A stretch of DNA of 64,000 nucleotides, taken from assembly GCF_006345805.1 (NCBI RefSeq), contig NC_043011.1, forward strand, positions 11,222,001 to 11,286,000, given 5' to 3'. Both the position numbers and the translations under genes were made by a program. Shown in pieces: positions 63,501 through 64,000 of the stretch. Each line of letters opens with the position of its first letter. Position 1 is the stretch's first letter. The DNA comes from Octopus sinensis (lineage: Eukaryota). The notes beneath the pieces are model-generated. The model saw only the letters and a program-made list of their open reading frames with translations. It did no database searches and was not told the DNA's origin.

Positions 63501-64000
63501 AAAGTAAATAAATGGTACAACGAAGCACCGATATTTACTGGAAAATAGCGAACATAATAAATATGACGCTAATGTATAGCTTCACTGCGTATGTACTAGT
63601 AAAGATGCGTGTGTGCAACAAACATGAAAAAAATTGTCTTACCTCTAGGAAGAACATCTGAAAAATGAAAAACTTAGATAACGGATAATGCAGTACCGGT
63701 TTCGGATTTTTCAAAATACAAATGCCAAACGTATATTTGATTTATCTTCATCAGCTGCATAAACCTCGACAATATTTCAAATGTTGCCACATCTATGCCA
63801 GTACACTCATCTGAACGCCAAAACGTTAACAGAACGAGAACAGTGAAGAAGTTTCAATGAAAATAGTAATGCAATACGAGAGTATTGCTTTCCAGTAAAG
63901 GATAGCCCATGAGGGTAAAACTATACATAAAAGTAAATAAATGGTACAACGAAGCACCGATATTTACTGGAAAATAGCAAACGTAATAAATACGACGCTA
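63501..64000 (-). repeat. 429-bp direct-repeat unit starting at a (TA)n tract, retrozyme-like
   Basis: 63501 onward recurs at 63930; unit contains a hammerhead. Confidence 0.7.
63688..63760 (-). ncRNA. Type I hammerhead motif, family H6
   Basis: ATGCAG-CTGATGA-A GAT...ATC C-GAAA-CCGG-TA-CTGCAT; 6-bp stem I, palindromic ACCGGT stem III, GUA triplet. Confidence 0.85.

Overview
Eukaryotic, AT-rich, microsatellite- and transposon-dense DNA. The SINE types and repeat landscape suggest a cephalopod (Octopus-like; inferred). The only host gene is an Mps1/TTK-like dual-specificity kinase on the + strand, present as a nested duplication. An outer copy (exons at 1-72, 3521-4756, then 46272 onward past the window end) is interrupted by a ~38.5 kb inner copy (about 5842-44365, 10 clear exons). 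The inner copy sits inside a split hAT-type MITE whose two halves share one 8-bp TSD. All junction introns are phase 2, so chimeric or double-kinase splicing is frame-compatible. One inner-copy intron holds a ~19 kb insertion in a single (TA)n tract: an ~18 kb fold-back centred on a Penelope-like element. The window also carries many type I hammerhead ribozyme motifs from several unrelated scaffolds, including a 429-bp retrozyme-like repeat at the window end. Also present: piggyBac, mariner and hAT derivatives, RTE LINEs, a duplicated solo LTR and tRNA-derived SINEs. All coordinates, alignments and folds were worked out by eye; none is from a database search.
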